A stretch of DNA of 64,000 nucleotides from an uncultured Dehalococcoidia bacterium (GCA_950072105.1 CATMOE010000004.1:1-64000); one strand, 5' to 3'; positions 19,693 through 30,582 are shown, numbered from the stretch's first letter. The notes: generated by a model not told the origin, from the sequence alone. Made by a program: numbers and translations.

Positions 19693-20086
19693 GTAGCTAT
19701 TGATCCTTCCTTGCTAAGAAAATTAGCCCCGTTGACGGCATCTATTGTTTATAGGTGCGAACCCTTGGTAACCCCTAAAAGTGGAACACCACCATGTTTA
19801 AGTTCAGTTATTTCCTGTATGGCGTATCCGGGGCCTTCCATTTCATTATTCTCGCTTCTTAACGATTAATTTCAAGAGGATGAACTTTGTGGAAAATGAT
19901 CCAGTCGATGCCCAGTCCAACATCCGGCTATATGCCAGTGATTATTCGGGTGCTCCGCTAGTTAGGAATGAGGTGATGTTTGAAAGTCACGGCATTCCAT
20001 GACCGAAGCCAGAACGACGTTGTAAGCATAGTACCAGCGTGGGTGGGCCGCAACCAGCGGCACGAACGAGGGAGGAACCCTGGCAG

Positions 20087-20776
20087 CTACTCGCCCAGGA
20101 TAGTTGTGCGGCCTAGAATGGTAACCATGTAGTGACCGGAACGGCCGGGTACCCGCTCTAACCACCGGAACTTGCTTCGGGCGGCGTTGCGCAAGGTTTG
20201 GGTGAAGCTGTGGGGTATCAGCCAGCCCACCCGGTCGAACAGGCTTGCCAGATCGTCGGCATCCACACTATCCATCTCCAGGAATTGGGCCGCGCCTTCC
20301 GCGGCCACCACCACTTTGCGCATGTCGCCCAAGGGGTTGATCGACTGGCAGAACTGCACGAACGCCAATTCCGCCGCTGCCGACCGGGCTGCCTGTTGGG
20401 CCTTTACGCGGCCAACCGGGGCAGACTCCTGAAGGGGTTCGGATGGAGGTTGAATTATCTCTTCGGCGGCGGGTGTTTGGCCGGACGGATCCACGGTGTC
20501 ATCACCGTCCACCGGGCTTGGAGCAATTTCCGGAGGAGGAGTTGGTGATTCGACGCTCTCGCTAAGACCGGAAGAATCGTCTACACTACTACCCTTTTCC
20601 GTGTCCAGCGCTTGGGAAGTGGCGCCGTTGGCCGCCGTGCCGGTTTCGGGGGAATAATGCATTAACTCTCTGGACAGGCCACGCAGCATCCCTACTATTT
20701 CCTGAAGTTCGGCTTGATCTTGAGACTCAACGGTTATCTGCGCGTTGCTTGGGAGAGAAATGGAAACCTTTACCAT
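20087..20776 (-). CDS. Hypothetical protein, possible C-terminal winged helix
   Basis: 229-aa ORF: small N-domain, acidic/Pro linker, helical C-domain ending W.ER.....G.Y.VT..G. Confidence 0.6.
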   Translation of the reverse strand: MVKVSISLPSNAQITVESQDQAELQEIVGMLRGLSRELMHYSPETGTAANGATSQALDTEKGSSVDDSSGLSESVESPTPPPEIAPSPVDGDDTVDPSGQTPAAEEIIQPPSEPLQESAPVGRVKAQQAARSAAAELAFVQFCQSINPLGDMRKVVVAAEGAAQFLEMDSVDADDLASLFDRVGWLIPHSFTQTLRNAARSKFRWLERVPGRSGHYMVTILGRTTILGE

Positions 20777-20996
20777 AATGCATTACCTAGCTATGAATAC
20801 CACCCCACCAGATAATACTAACCGACCGCAGTCTGGTAATCAACCGGACGGCGGTAGAAGTGTATAACCCCATTGGAACAGAACCATGGGTGATTCGTTA
20901 CCGCGGCGGCTTGAGGTGTAACAGTTTGGGCGAGAGTAACCAATCTTGAGACTCCAACCGGGACACTTTCCTTCGGTTGGGGCCAAGCCCACCGGC

Positions 20997-22865
20997 TTAC
21001 AGGCTTTGTTTGAGGAGGATTGCCAGGGAGCGGGTAAGGCCGGGGACCGCCGCTATTTCATCCAACGGCGCGTGCTTGATACCGCTGACCGAGCCGAACC
21101 GGCGCAGCAACATTCGCTTCCGCTTTGGGCCGATGCCGGTCACCATGTCGAGGGGAGATTTCAGACTGCTTTTGCTGCGTAGATTCCGGTGATAGGTTAT
21201 AGCGAAGCGGTGGGCTTCGTCGCGGATCCGCTGCACCAGATACAGCGCTTGGGAATTCCGGGCCAAGACGATGGGCTCCGGAGTATGCGGTACGTACAGC
21301 CACTCATTCTCCTTGGCCAGAGACGCCAGGGGGACGTTGTCCAGTCCCATCTCAAGGAACACCTCTAGGGCGGCCGAAAGCTGCCCTTTCCCGCCGTCGA
21401 TCAACACCAGGTCGGGGAAGATACCCCAACTGTCTTCTTTATCGTGGGCGCCATTGTCATCCGGACGATTCCCTTTGGCCCGGGCGTCTGCCATCCGCTT
21501 GAAGCGGCGTCTTAGCACCTCCCGGATGCTCTCGAAATCGTCCACGCCTTCCACGGTCTTTATCTTGAAACGGCGATACTCGGAAGACTTGGGCTTGCCG
21601 TCCTCGAATACGGCCATGCTGGCCACGGTGTTAGTGCCCTGAATATGGGAGATGTCGTAGCATTCCATGCGGCGCAAATCGGTGGGCAAGGTCAATTCTT
21701 CTTGGAGCTCGGCCATGGCCTGGTGGATAACATCCGTGTTGTCCAGCCACCTTACCCGGTGGTGTTTCAATCCCTGGCGGGCATTCTCCTCTACCATGTC
21801 TATCAGCTTCTTGTGCTGACCTCTTTGCGGCAGGACCAGACGAACGGGACCGCCCCTCAACTCTCGCAGCCACTCGCCGATCAACTCTTCCTCCTCTAGA
21901 TGGTGTTGCAGGAGGATCCGGGGCGGAATGGCCGAGGCCGACTGATAAAACTGTTTGATAAACTGGCCCATCACCAGGCCGGGAGACTCGTCCTGGGCGC
22001 CGTCCATAAAGAAGTGATCCCGGCCGATGAGCTTGTTGTGCCGGATGAAGAACACCTCGACCCATGTATCTGATTCGCTCTGGGTGAATGCGATGACGTC
22101 CATGTCGCTGATGGGGTTGGCGTCAACCTTGATCTGCTGCTCATCGGCGACCTTCTGGACGCTGCGCATCCGGTCCCGCAGAACGGCGGCTCTCTCGAAC
22201 TCCAGTTCCTCCGACGCTTTTTCCATGTTGGTCCGCAAGTCGGTGGTTACCGCTTCTGTATCGCCTTCCATGAACAGCGTGACCTGATTGATCACTTTGG
22301 CGTAATCTTCTTTGCTGGCCAGTCCGGTACAAGGAGCGACACACCGGTTGATGTAGTATTCCAAGCAAGGGCGCGCATCTTTGCCGGTGATGGCCTTGGT
22401 GCAAGACCGGTAGGGGAACAGCCTCTTTATCAGGTCCATGGTCTGGCGAACGGTACCGGCGGTGGCGAAGGGGCCGAAGTACCGGCCGCCATCTTTGGCG
22501 ACCTTGCGGGTGATGTAGACCTTGGGGAAATCCTCGGCAAGGTCAATCTTCAGGTAAGGGTAAGTCTTATCGTCTTTGAGCCGGGCGTTGTAGCGGGGTT
22601 TATGGCGCTTGATCAGGGTGTTTTCAAGGATCAGCGCCTCGGCCTCGGTGTCGGTGACGATGCACTCGAAGTCGTCCAACTGGCCGAGCATCCGGCGAAT
22701 TTTGTTGGGCAGATTGGCGGGCGATCCGAAGTAATTGCGGAGTCGGTTGCTGAGAACGCTGGCCTTCCCCACATATAGAACGTTGCCCCGGACGTCTTTC
22801 ATGATGTAAACACCAGGACGGTTCGGGGCGTTACGCAAGCGCCGTTCGAACAATGAAAGGGCCAT
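20997..22865 (-). CDS. uvrC: Excinuclease ABC subunit C
   Basis: PGVY...YVGKA GIY-YIG, CYDISH, IDGGKGQL, RDEAHRFA, HhH. Confidence 0.98.
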   Translation of the reverse strand: MALSLFERRLRNAPNRPGVYIMKDVRGNVLYVGKASVLSNRLRNYFGSPANLPNKIRRMLGQLDDFECIVTDTEAEALILENTLIKRHKPRYNARLKDDKTYPYLKIDLAEDFPKVYITRKVAKDGGRYFGPFATAGTVRQTMDLIKRLFPYRSCTKAITGKDARPCLEYYINRCVAPCTGLASKEDYAKVINQVTLFMEGDTEAVTTDLRTNMEKASEELEFERAAVLRDRMRSVQKVADEQQIKVDANPISDMDVIAFTQSESDTWVEVFFIRHNKLIGRDHFFMDGAQDESPGLVMGQFIKQFYQSASAIPPRILLQHHLEEEELIGEWLRELRGGPVRLVLPQRGQHKKLIDMVEENARQGLKHHRVRWLDNTDVIHQAMAELQEELTLPTDLRRMECYDISHIQGTNTVASMAVFEDGKPKSSEYRRFKIKTVEGVDDFESIREVLRRRFKRMADARAKGNRPDDNGAHDKEDSWGIFPDLVLIDGGKGQLSAALEVFLEMGLDNVPLASLAKENEWLYVPHTPEPIVLARNSQALYLVQRIRDEAHRFAITYHRNLRSKSSLKSPLDMVTGIGPKRKRMLLRRFGSVSGIKHAPLDEIAAVPGLTRSLAILLKQSL

Positions 22866-22870
22866 TACTT

Positions 22871-23224
22871 CTACACGGTGATTCCCAAGACGATGAGGAC
22901 CACCAATATCACGCTACCCATTATTAGGATACGGCGCAACTCAGCACCAATGTAGTTGGCCGAGGCGACATGTTCCCGCCGAAGGCGGCCAGGGCCCGCG
23001 GGGCGAGGCGCGCGGGCGGCCGCGGTTGCGGCAGGCGCATCCGCAGTGGCCTCGGAGGAATTCACAACACCATTGGCCTGACTGGCAGTTTCTTCGGCGG
23101 ACTGCTGATCTTCGGTGGCCGCCGTGGCTTCAACGGCGGGAATCCCGCTGGGACCCCGTTGCTGCCTTTTTCTTCGGTTGAGTTGTGCCTGGCGAGACGC
23201 CACACGGCGAGCTTTACCCGGCAT
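22871..23224 (-). CDS. Hypothetical protein with basic N-terminus and C-terminal TM helix
   Basis: GGAGG RBS; ELRRI followed by a hydrophobic tail; ends 5 bp before uvrC. Confidence 0.7.
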   Translation of the reverse strand: MPGKARRVASRQAQLNRRKRQQRGPSGIPAVEATAATEDQQSAEETASQANGVVNSSEATADAPAATAAARAPRPAGPGRLRREHVASANYIGAELRRILIMGSVILVVLIVLGITV

Positions 23225-23408
23225 GGAAATCTACCTCCTGATGTCCGTCACGCCCATGTTAGGAGCGGGAGTGTCTGAGCGAATCTCAACCAACCCGGTT
23301 CCTGGGCAGACAATTTTACTATAACAGCAATTGGCCGAATTGGGCAGTGGGCCTGGCAGTTTGGAGAGAACCTGCGGTTGCTTGGGGTGACCGGCGCCGC
23401 CCAACCTG

Positions 23409-23437
23409 GTAGGGGCAGGTTTCAAACCTGCCCCTAC
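23409..23437. repeat. GTAG-type REP palindrome
   Basis: GTAGGGGCAGGTTT-C-AAACCTGCCCCTAC perfect palindrome; second copy at 36276. Confidence 0.85.
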
Positions 23438-23461
23438 GTGCATCGCCATTCCGTGTTCGGC

Positions 23462-24376
23462 TTAGGCTCTGGGATGGCTCTTTTCGTATTCACGGTGCAG
23501 ATAGCCATCGGTGAGATGGGTATACACCTGGGTGGTGGAGATACTTGAATGCCCCAATAACTCTTGAACGTGGCGCAACGAGGCCCCGTTCTGCAAGAGA
23601 TGGGTGGCGAAGCTGTGCCGCAATGTATGCGGGGTGATCCTCTGGGGGAGATGCGCTTTTTCGCCGTAAGATTTCAGTATGTTCCACACCCATTGCCGGG
23701 TCAGCCGTTGACCGCGGTGATTGATGAACAAGGCTGTCTGGCTTTTCTCGGTTCCTAGCAATCCCGGACGCGACTTGTGCAGGTAGCTTTTAATCTCGGC
23801 CAGGGCCTTTGGGTACATGTATACGATGCGCTCCTTGGAGCCCTTGCCCCAGCAGCGGATGTAGGAATCGTTGAGGTCCACGTTCTGCAGATTCAGCGAC
23901 ACCAACTCGCCAACGCGGAGTCCCGTGGCATAGAGCAGTTCCAGGATGGCGGCGTCGCGGCGTCCCTCGTTGCTCCCAGAGCGGGACGCCATGTCCAGAA
24001 GTCGGGCAACCTCGTCTTGGGAGAGGGCCTTGGGCAGGGACCTTCCCACTCGGGGAGAACTCAGCGATTGGGTGGGGTCTTGGGTTACCGTGCCGCTTTC
24101 GGTCAAAAACCCGAAGAAGGACTTAAGAGCGGCAACCTTTCGGGCGGTGGTGGTGTCGCGGTAGCCTTTGTTGCCCCGCAGGTCGCTGATGTACTTATTC
24201 AGCAATTCCAGGTCCACCAGCCGCCAGGGACTACTCCCGTTTACTTCGGTTTTGTTGTGGTCCTGGAAGAATTGATAGAACTGGCCGAGGTCGTTGCGGT
24301 AGGCTTCGGAGGTGTTGCGGGAAAAACCTTTTTCGACAATGAGGTGCTGGAGAAACGAGTTTATAGACTGTTCCAT
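23462..24376 (-). CDS. xerD: Tyrosine recombinase XerD
   Basis: RD.AILELLYATGLRV.EL, GKGSKER, HTLRHSFATH, LGH..ISTTQVYTH. Confidence 0.9.
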   Translation of the reverse strand: MEQSINSFLQHLIVEKGFSRNTSEAYRNDLGQFYQFFQDHNKTEVNGSSPWRLVDLELLNKYISDLRGNKGYRDTTTARKVAALKSFFGFLTESGTVTQDPTQSLSSPRVGRSLPKALSQDEVARLLDMASRSGSNEGRRDAAILELLYATGLRVGELVSLNLQNVDLNDSYIRCWGKGSKERIVYMYPKALAEIKSYLHKSRPGLLGTEKSQTALFINHRGQRLTRQWVWNILKSYGEKAHLPQRITPHTLRHSFATHLLQNGASLRHVQELLGHSSISTTQVYTHLTDGYLHREYEKSHPRA

Positions 24377-24540
24377 ATGATCGAATCCTTTCGCTATAAC
24401 GAATTCCTTCGCTATTAGCAGATAAAGATGGGTTGGCGGATGACCACCAAGCCAATATCGTTGAATATTAGCAGAGGCACCGGGAATGTTATGTGTGCTA
24501 CTTGTACCGGTTACGCTGAATATTCGAAGTTTTCACAAAT

Positions 24541-24577
24541 AAAAACCCCTCGCCGTTATTGACGTTACGACGAGGGG
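24541..24577 (-). terminator. Intrinsic terminator after the thiolase gene
   Basis: Minus strand CCCCTCGTCGT/ACGGCGAGGGG hairpin followed by a U-tract. Confidence 0.75.
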
Positions 24578-24608
24578 ATGCGGGAGTCTGAGGTAGCGGG
24601 AGTATCGA

Positions 24609-25784
24609 TCAGCCGGTGCCAAGCACCACGGTGCCGGTGGAAGACAGAGAGCCGCCGGTACCGTTGACTAGGGATATCTGGGGATTTTGATCATTGGTCC
24701 CTTTACGGTGCACCTGCCGGTCGCCGGCCTCGCCGCGGAGTTGGCGTACCGCCTCTACCAAGAGGAAGCTGCCGTACATCCCCGGATGGGAATAGGACAA
24801 TCCGCCGCCGTTGGTGTTCAGGGGGAAGTCCCCGCCGGGCGCGGTGCGTTGGCCGGCAACGAAGTCCGCTACCTCTCCCCGGCCGCAGAAGCCCAGGGAT
24901 TCCAGTGTCAGCATGACCGTATAGGTGAAGGAATCGTAAATCATCGTCAGGTCGATATCGTCGTGGTTGATGCCGGCCTGGGCCATGGCTTTTGGACCGG
25001 TCTCCCGCGCGATCAGGGACGTGAGTGAAGGCATCATGCTGATCAAGTTGTGGTCGTGACCCTCCCCGGCGCCCAAAACCCAAACGGGTTCCTTGCGGCA
25101 AGCTCGGGCTCGCTCCGCGGTGGTCACGATGATGGACGCTCCGGAGTCCGTAACCAGGCAGCAGTCAAACAAGTGGAAAGGCCATGCCACGTAGCGGGAG
25201 TCGTGGTAGTCGTCAAAGGTCATGGGGGTGTCGTGCATCGCCGCCTTAGGATTTAGGTTCGCCCACTTTCTAGTGGAAACGGCGATCTCTGCCATGGCCT
25301 GTCTGGCGCGGTCTTCGCCGTATTCGTGCATGTACCGGGAGCAAGCCAGCGCGTAGTTGATGGGTTGACCAACCATGCCGTAAGGCGCTTCGTATTGAGC
25401 GACCGGAAGGTTAGGGTCGCCGGGGACCCGGCCCCGGGTAGACCGCCCTGCTTGTCCGTGGGTGATGAGCGCCACTTCACAGTAACCAGCCTTGATCGCG
25501 GCTATGGCGTGGGCGACGTGAATCACGAAGGACGAACCACCTACCGACGTGTTGTCGGTAAATCGGGGTTGGATGCCCATGTACTCGGCAGTGGCCATCG
25601 TGGAAAATCCGGCGGTGAAAACCCCGTCCACGTCACTCTTGGAGAGTCCGGCGTCCGCCAGCGCATTGTGGGCCGCTTCCGCATGGTGTTGCAGCGATGA
25701 CTTATTGGGCACCGTACCCATCTCGTCGGACTCGGCCACCCCAACGATGGCGATCTCCCGCTCTCTGGAACCGCTTGATGTCAT
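24609..25784 (-). CDS. Thiolase family protein (SCP-x/lipid-transfer type)
   Basis: AIVGV, DCCLVTD, YDSFTY, NTNGGGLSY.HPG. Confidence 0.88.
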   Translation of the reverse strand: MTSSGSREREIAIVGVAESDEMGTVPNKSSLQHHAEAAHNALADAGLSKSDVDGVFTAGFSTMATAEYMGIQPRFTDNTSVGGSSFVIHVAHAIAAIKAGYCEVALITHGQAGRSTRGRVPGDPNLPVAQYEAPYGMVGQPINYALACSRYMHEYGEDRARQAMAEIAVSTRKWANLNPKAAMHDTPMTFDDYHDSRYVAWPFHLFDCCLVTDSGASIIVTTAERARACRKEPVWVLGAGEGHDHNLISMMPSLTSLIARETGPKAMAQAGINHDDIDLTMIYDSFTYTVMLTLESLGFCGRGEVADFVAGQRTAPGGDFPLNTNGGGLSYSHPGMYGSFLLVEAVRQLRGEAGDRQVHRKGTNDQNPQISLVNGTGGSLSSTGTVVLGTG

Positions 25785-26095
25785 TCCTTTTTCCTCTCTC
25801 ATTGGGATTCCCGGGGCCGGTTTGCCGTCCGGCTCACGAATAGGCCGGCGTCCACGGCAAGCCTAATAGTTGATTCATGGAGCTGCCATGCCCAGCTTCA
25901 ACTTGGCCTCGTTCCGCAGCCGGAATGATGTTACACCAACCAACCTGACAGGACAACCGGTTTTTTGAACAGGTGGCGAGAATCGTCCTTGAGGTGATGG
26001 ACCCCACAGGGAACAACGGCGCTTCGGCATGGTAAAATATAAACAGAATCCGGCCTGGCCATGCCGCAGATGCCGGTGGGCTGCTCGGAGGGATT

Positions 26096-26815
26096 ATGCC
26101 TCTTAATTTCTGGATGGTGGTTTGCAACGCCGAGAACTTCCGGATAACGCAGGAGCGTGGGTTCAATTTACTGGGTTTGAAGCCACAGCACCGGCGCAAG
26201 GTTCAACGTATCGGAAACGGCGACCGCATACTTTATTATGTTACCCACAAGCGTAAATTCACCGCCACCGTCACGGCCACCACATCTTTCTTTGAGGACG
26301 ATACGCCCATCTGGGAGAATGAGGGCGGCGCCGATTGGCCATTCCGCATCGAGATAAAGCCTGAAATCATTTTGGAAGAAACTCAATACATCGACGCCAA
26401 CCTGCTGGCGCCCCGATTAGACTACGTGAAGCGGTGGACGCCGGAAAATTGGTATATGGCTTTCCAGGGAAATCTTCACCTGTTGCCCAAGGCCGATTTT
26501 CTTTTGATCGAAGAAGAGATGAAGAAGCTGAAGTTTGGGAAGGACTACAAGCCGACGCCAACCCTTCAACCTCCTTCGGGCAACCGCAAGAGAAAATCGG
26601 GTTCGAGGAGACACGGCGGACGGGGCGGGGGACAGAGGCCAGGTCTGGCGACCCCGGGCGCCGCAGCCCAGGCTCCTACGAGACCCGGAGCAACGGCGGC
26701 CCCAGGTGGCCCGGGTCAGCCGCCTGCTGGGGCTCAGTCGTCCCAAGGTGGCCCAGCACAGGCGCCTACTGGACCCACCGCGCCCGCATCTCCTGGGACC
26801 GCTCCCGATGGTTAG
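26096..26815 (+). CDS. EVE-domain (PUA-like) protein with basic and Pro/Gly/Ala-rich tail
   Basis: FW.......NF, GDRILYYV, P.RI; upstream TGgTAAAAT extended -10. Confidence 0.75.
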   Translation: MPLNFWMVVCNAENFRITQERGFNLLGLKPQHRRKVQRIGNGDRILYYVTHKRKFTATVTATTSFFEDDTPIWENEGGADWPFRIEIKPEIILEETQYIDANLLAPRLDYVKRWTPENWYMAFQGNLHLLPKADFLLIEEEMKKLKFGKDYKPTPTLQPPSGNRKRKSGSRRHGGRGGGQRPGLATPGAAAQAPTRPGATAAPGGPGQPPAGAQSSQGGPAQAPTGPTAPASPGTAPDG

Positions 26816-26876
26816 ACACTTTAACGCCGGGATCATGCGAACGGGAGTGTAAATTCGCCCCTGTAGGGCTCTCAGT

Positions 26877-28061
26877 TCAGATGTGTTCGATGACGGAGAC
26901 AGGATCCCGGCCAACCGTATCGTCTAGGGCGGCTTGGATCTCCTCCAAAACCTCCGGGTCCACCTCGTTTGACCGGATGGCCTTCAAGGCTTCCCGTGCG
27001 TCAAAAGTCCCGATCTGCCCCAAAGCCCATGCGGCGTGGCCCCTAACCAACGGCGAACTGTGAGATAAGGCTTCATTCAAGGCCGGGACCGCTGAGGGGT
27101 CTCCCAGGTTTCCCAAGGCCACGCATGCGTTCCTTTGCAGGCCCTCTCGCTTGGCGCGGAGTATCGGGCTACCCTTGAATCTTTGCCGAAATTCCTCCTC
27201 GGTTATCCGGAGCAGATCAAGCAGATCTAGGGTGCCCATTTTTGCTTCATGGGAGTCTCCCCTAGACCCTTGTTTCCACATCGCTGAGTCTCCGGTGAGG
27301 GCATTCCGGTTCACCGGGCAGACATCCTGGCAAATGTCGCAGCCGAAGACCCAATCCAGCATCTTGGGCCGCAGTTCCCGAGGTATGGGGCCCCGATGTT
27401 CAATGGTCAGGTAGGATATGCACCGGGTGTTGTCGATGACATAAGGGGCCACGATGGCTCCCGTGGGACAAGCGTCGATGCACCGGACGCAGGACCCACA
27501 GGTCTTCTTTAGAGGCGGATCCGGTTCTAACGCCAGGTCGGTTATGACCTGGCCTAGGAATATCCATGAGCCGTGGGTTGGGGTCAGGATGTTAGTGTTT
27601 TTGCCGAACCAACCCAGGCCCGAGCGGGCGGCCGCCGCCCGGTCCAGCATGGGGCCGTCATCCACATACCACCGAGCGTCGATCGGTGTTTCCAGCTGGG
27701 AAGATAAGCCCCGAACGTAGTCGCGCATCCGGGTCTTCATAACTTTATGGTAGTCCTGGAGCCGGGCGTACTGTGCCACCTTCCCCGCCGATCGGGGGGC
27801 GGTACCATCGGAAAGAACCGGGCGATAGTAGCTGAGGCCCAAACATATGATTGAGCGGGCGCCCGGTAAAAGCTCTTGCGGGCTGGTCCCCCGCATGACG
27901 CGAGCCTGGTGATACCAGGGCAGACCGTCCATCAAGCCGTCACGCAAGCGCTCCAGGGCTATTTCCCTGTCTTGGACGAAATCGTCAGTCGAGGTGATAC
28001 GCACTAGGTCGAACCCCAGTTCCAGCGCGTAGCCGGTGACGGTTTGTTTTAAGTTATTCAC
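26877..28061 (-). CDS. queG: tRNA epoxyqueuosine reductase with HEAT-like tail
   Basis: YA...DYH, GLGWFGKN, CGSC.RC..ACPTGA, CISYLTIE, GCDICQDVCP.N; GTG start inferred. Confidence 0.95.
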   Translation of the reverse strand: MNNLKQTVTGYALELGFDLVRITSTDDFVQDREIALERLRDGLMDGLPWYHQARVMRGTSPQELLPGARSIICLGLSYYRPVLSDGTAPRSAGKVAQYARLQDYHKVMKTRMRDYVRGLSSQLETPIDARWYVDDGPMLDRAAAARSGLGWFGKNTNILTPTHGSWIFLGQVITDLALEPDPPLKKTCGSCVRCIDACPTGAIVAPYVIDNTRCISYLTIEHRGPIPRELRPKMLDWVFGCDICQDVCPVNRNALTGDSAMWKQGSRGDSHEAKMGTLDLLDLLRITEEEFRQRFKGSPILRAKREGLQRNACVALGNLGDPSAVPALNEALSHSSPLVRGHAAWALGQIGTFDAREALKAIRSNEVDPEVLEEIQAALDDTVGRDPVSVIEHI

Positions 28062-28178
28062 TGATGCACCGGACCTATTATCCCACCGGTGGAGATCCCG
28101 CGCACCTTTTGGGAAAATCCACTGGCGTGCTTCCGGCAACCGCGTCCTGCCGGTCCGGCGTTAACGGATGCGAATCCT

Positions 28179-28697
28179 CTAAAGGTTCTCGCCGTGGAAC
28201 CGGCCCTGGTATCCCTGGCTCACCGGCTGGGTTAGGTGGAAGAACACCAATTGCATCAGGCGTGCATCTCGTTGCATCGCGTAGCCTTGATCGTTATGCA
28301 CCACCAGTAACGCTTGAGAGCGGCCTCGGTAGCCGGCGTCCCAAACAGCGGTGTGGATACTCACCCCGCTGCGCAACAGGCTGGACCTGGGACGGCCCAA
28401 GGCCATCAGATCCAGCGGGAGGTTAACGATCTCATTGAAGCTGATCAAGTAAGGCCCGAAGGATAAGCGAAGCCAGCCTTCCCGGTCGAAATCCAGGATT
28501 TCGGTGTCTGATAATGTCCGTTGATCCGGCCCGGATCCCATGGTGCCTCCGGAGGTCAGGCGAGAGACTTCTTTCAGGCTCAGGTCGAATCCGTTAGGCT
28601 GAAGCTGCTCGTCCAGAGATAGGTACGACTCGATGAGGCGTGACGAACCTAGGATCAACTCCGCGATTGAATTCCGGTCCAGAGCGTTAGATGTCAT
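28179..28697 (-). CDS. dUTPase / dCTP deaminase family protein
   Basis: QLQPNGFDL, RPRSSLLRSG, AVWDAGYRG, QLVF, YQG. Confidence 0.85.
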   Translation of the reverse strand: MTSNALDRNSIAELILGSSRLIESYLSLDEQLQPNGFDLSLKEVSRLTSGGTMGSGPDQRTLSDTEILDFDREGWLRLSFGPYLISFNEIVNLPLDLMALGRPRSSLLRSGVSIHTAVWDAGYRGRSQALLVVHNDQGYAMQRDARLMQLVFFHLTQPVSQGYQGRFHGENL

Positions 28698-28803
28698 GTC
28701 GCTTGCCAAAATTCTGGCCCGGACATTACCGCCGGTTTGGCGATGACATTCCGGGCCATTAGTTTCTTCTCCCTAGAATGCGGAGTTAAGAACCGGGATG
28801 GAC

Positions 28804-30429
28804 CTAGTCGTGCATGAAGTCTTGGACGTCTTGGGGCAACGGCACTACGACGGGAATCTCGGTGATCACGGCCTGAGTGGTTAGCATCATTCCCGCTATG
28901 CTGCCGGCGTTCTCCAAGGCGGAACGGGTTACCTTCAACGGGTCGACGATGCCGCGTTCCATCAGGTGGCAATACTCACCCTCCTCGGCGTCGAATCCCC
29001 AGTCGCCCTCGCCGTTGCGAACTTCGTTAAGAATTACCTCGCCGCGGTGGCCGGCGTTTTCGCATATCAGGATCAGTGGCGCGCTCAGTGCTTGCCTTAC
29101 CAACCGGGCGCCCAAAGCCTCCTCGCCGCTCAGCGTTGACTCCAACTTCTCTACGGCGCTCTCGGCTCGAATCATGGCCACGCCGCCGCCGGGCACGATA
29201 CCTTCCTCGACCGCTGCTTTGGTTGCGGATAGGGCATCTTCGGCTCGTGATTTACGCTCATTGACTTCCGGCTCGGTGGTCCCGCCGATCTTGATGACGG
29301 CCACGCCTCCCACCAGAGAGGCAAGACGCTCCTCTAGCTTTTCCCTATCGTAGTCGGAACTAGTCTCTTCGATCTGGACCTTAAGCTGCGCTGCGCGGTC
29401 CTTGACGGCGTCCGCCGAACCTCGGCCATCTATGATGGTTGAGTCGTCTTTTAGGGCAACCAATCTTCTAGCCGATCCGAGATGCGACATCTCCACGCTG
29501 TCCAAGCGCAGGCCCACGTCGCTGCTGATGACCGTGCTGCCGGTCAAGATGGCCATATCCTCCAGCAGGGCCTTTCGGCGTTCTCCAAACCCGGGGGCTT
29601 TGATGGCTACACAACCAAGAGTGCCACGCATCTTGTTGACCACAAGGGTCGCCAATGCCTCACCGTCAACATCCTCCGCTATGACTACCAAGGGCCGGCG
29701 GCCCTCTGCAATCACCATTTCCATAGTGGCGACGATGTCGGTGGGCGAGCTAAGTTTTTGATCGGTGATCAAGAAGAGGGGATCGTCCAACGCCGCTTCC
29801 ATACGGTCGGTGTCGGTGACGAAGTGGGGCGAAAGATAGCCCCGGTCTATCCGGACACCTTCTACGACTTCCAGTTCGTCGTCCATGGCTTTGGATTCCT
29901 CGATGGTGATGACGCCCTCCCGGCCAACTTTGTCCATGGCGTCTGCCAGTAGTTGGGCGATGGCCTCTTCATGGGCGGAAAGGGCCGCTACCCGGGCGAT
30001 CTGGTCCCGGTTTTCCACGGGGATCGCCATTTGTTTCAACTCGGTCACGACGGTTTCAACCGCCTTCTCGATGCCGGATTTCAAGGCCATACCGCTGGCG
30101 CCGGCGGCAACGTTGAGGAATCCCTGGCGTACGATCGCCTGGGTCAACACCACTGATGTGGTGGTGCCGTCTCCGACCACATCGTTAGTCTTGGACGCGG
30201 CTTCTTTGACCAGTTGCGCGCCCATGTTTTCGTAGGCGTCGGGCAGTTCGATCTCTTTGGCGATGGTAACGCCGTCGCTGCAAACCACCGGCAAGCCGAA
30301 CATGCGGCTGAAGAGTACGTTTCTGCCGCTGGGCCCCAGGGTTAAACCAACGACACGGCTCAGTTCGTCTACGCCGCGCATCAAGCTGGTTCGCGCTTCT
30401 GCACTAAAAGTTAGCTGTTTATCCGCCAT
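28804..30429 (-). CDS. groEL: Chaperonin GroEL (divergent paralog, no adjacent groES)
   Basis: [41 protein letters not shown]. Confidence 0.95.
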   Translation of the reverse strand: MADKQLTFSAEARTSLMRGVDELSRVVGLTLGPSGRNVLFSRMFGLPVVCSDGVTIAKEIELPDAYENMGAQLVKEAASKTNDVVGDGTTTSVVLTQAIVRQGFLNVAAGASGMALKSGIEKAVETVVTELKQMAIPVENRDQIARVAALSAHEEAIAQLLADAMDKVGREGVITIEESKAMDDELEVVEGVRIDRGYLSPHFVTDTDRMEAALDDPLFLITDQKLSSPTDIVATMEMVIAEGRRPLVVIAEDVDGEALATLVVNKMRGTLGCVAIKAPGFGERRKALLEDMAILTGSTVISSDVGLRLDSVEMSHLGSARRLVALKDDSTIIDGRGSADAVKDRAAQLKVQIEETSSDYDREKLEERLASLVGGVAVIKIGGTTEPEVNERKSRAEDALSATKAAVEEGIVPGGGVAMIRAESAVEKLESTLSGEEALGARLVRQALSAPLILICENAGHRGEVILNEVRNGEGDWGFDAEEGEYCHLMERGIVDPLKVTRSALENAGSIAGMMLTTQAVITEIPVVVPLPQDVQDFMHD

Positions 30430-30538
30430 TCCTGTCTCCTCGGTAATTTATCATCCAATCTCTATAGCAGGCTCCCTGGAATCGAGCCGAAAATGATGGC
30501 GGAAAACAGGGAGATTAGTTGGAACATTAGACGATACC

Positions 30539-30567
30539 AATATGCGATAGTCGGGTTAGATTGTCAA
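30539..30567 (-). promoter_or_regulatory. Sigma70-like promoter candidate for groEL
   Basis: TTGACA-17 nt-CATATT on the minus strand. Confidence 0.5.
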
Positions 30568-30582
30568 CCGGTTTTCTAGCTT

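Noticed and set aside
23462..24376. Tyrosine recombinase as a phage integrase
   Set aside because: Size, motifs and housekeeping context fit chromosomal XerD
26434..27063. Long alternative-frame and antisense ORFs (this one and many similar)
   Set aside because: Shadow ORFs of GC-rich coding sequence overlapping well-supported genes, with no recognisable motifs
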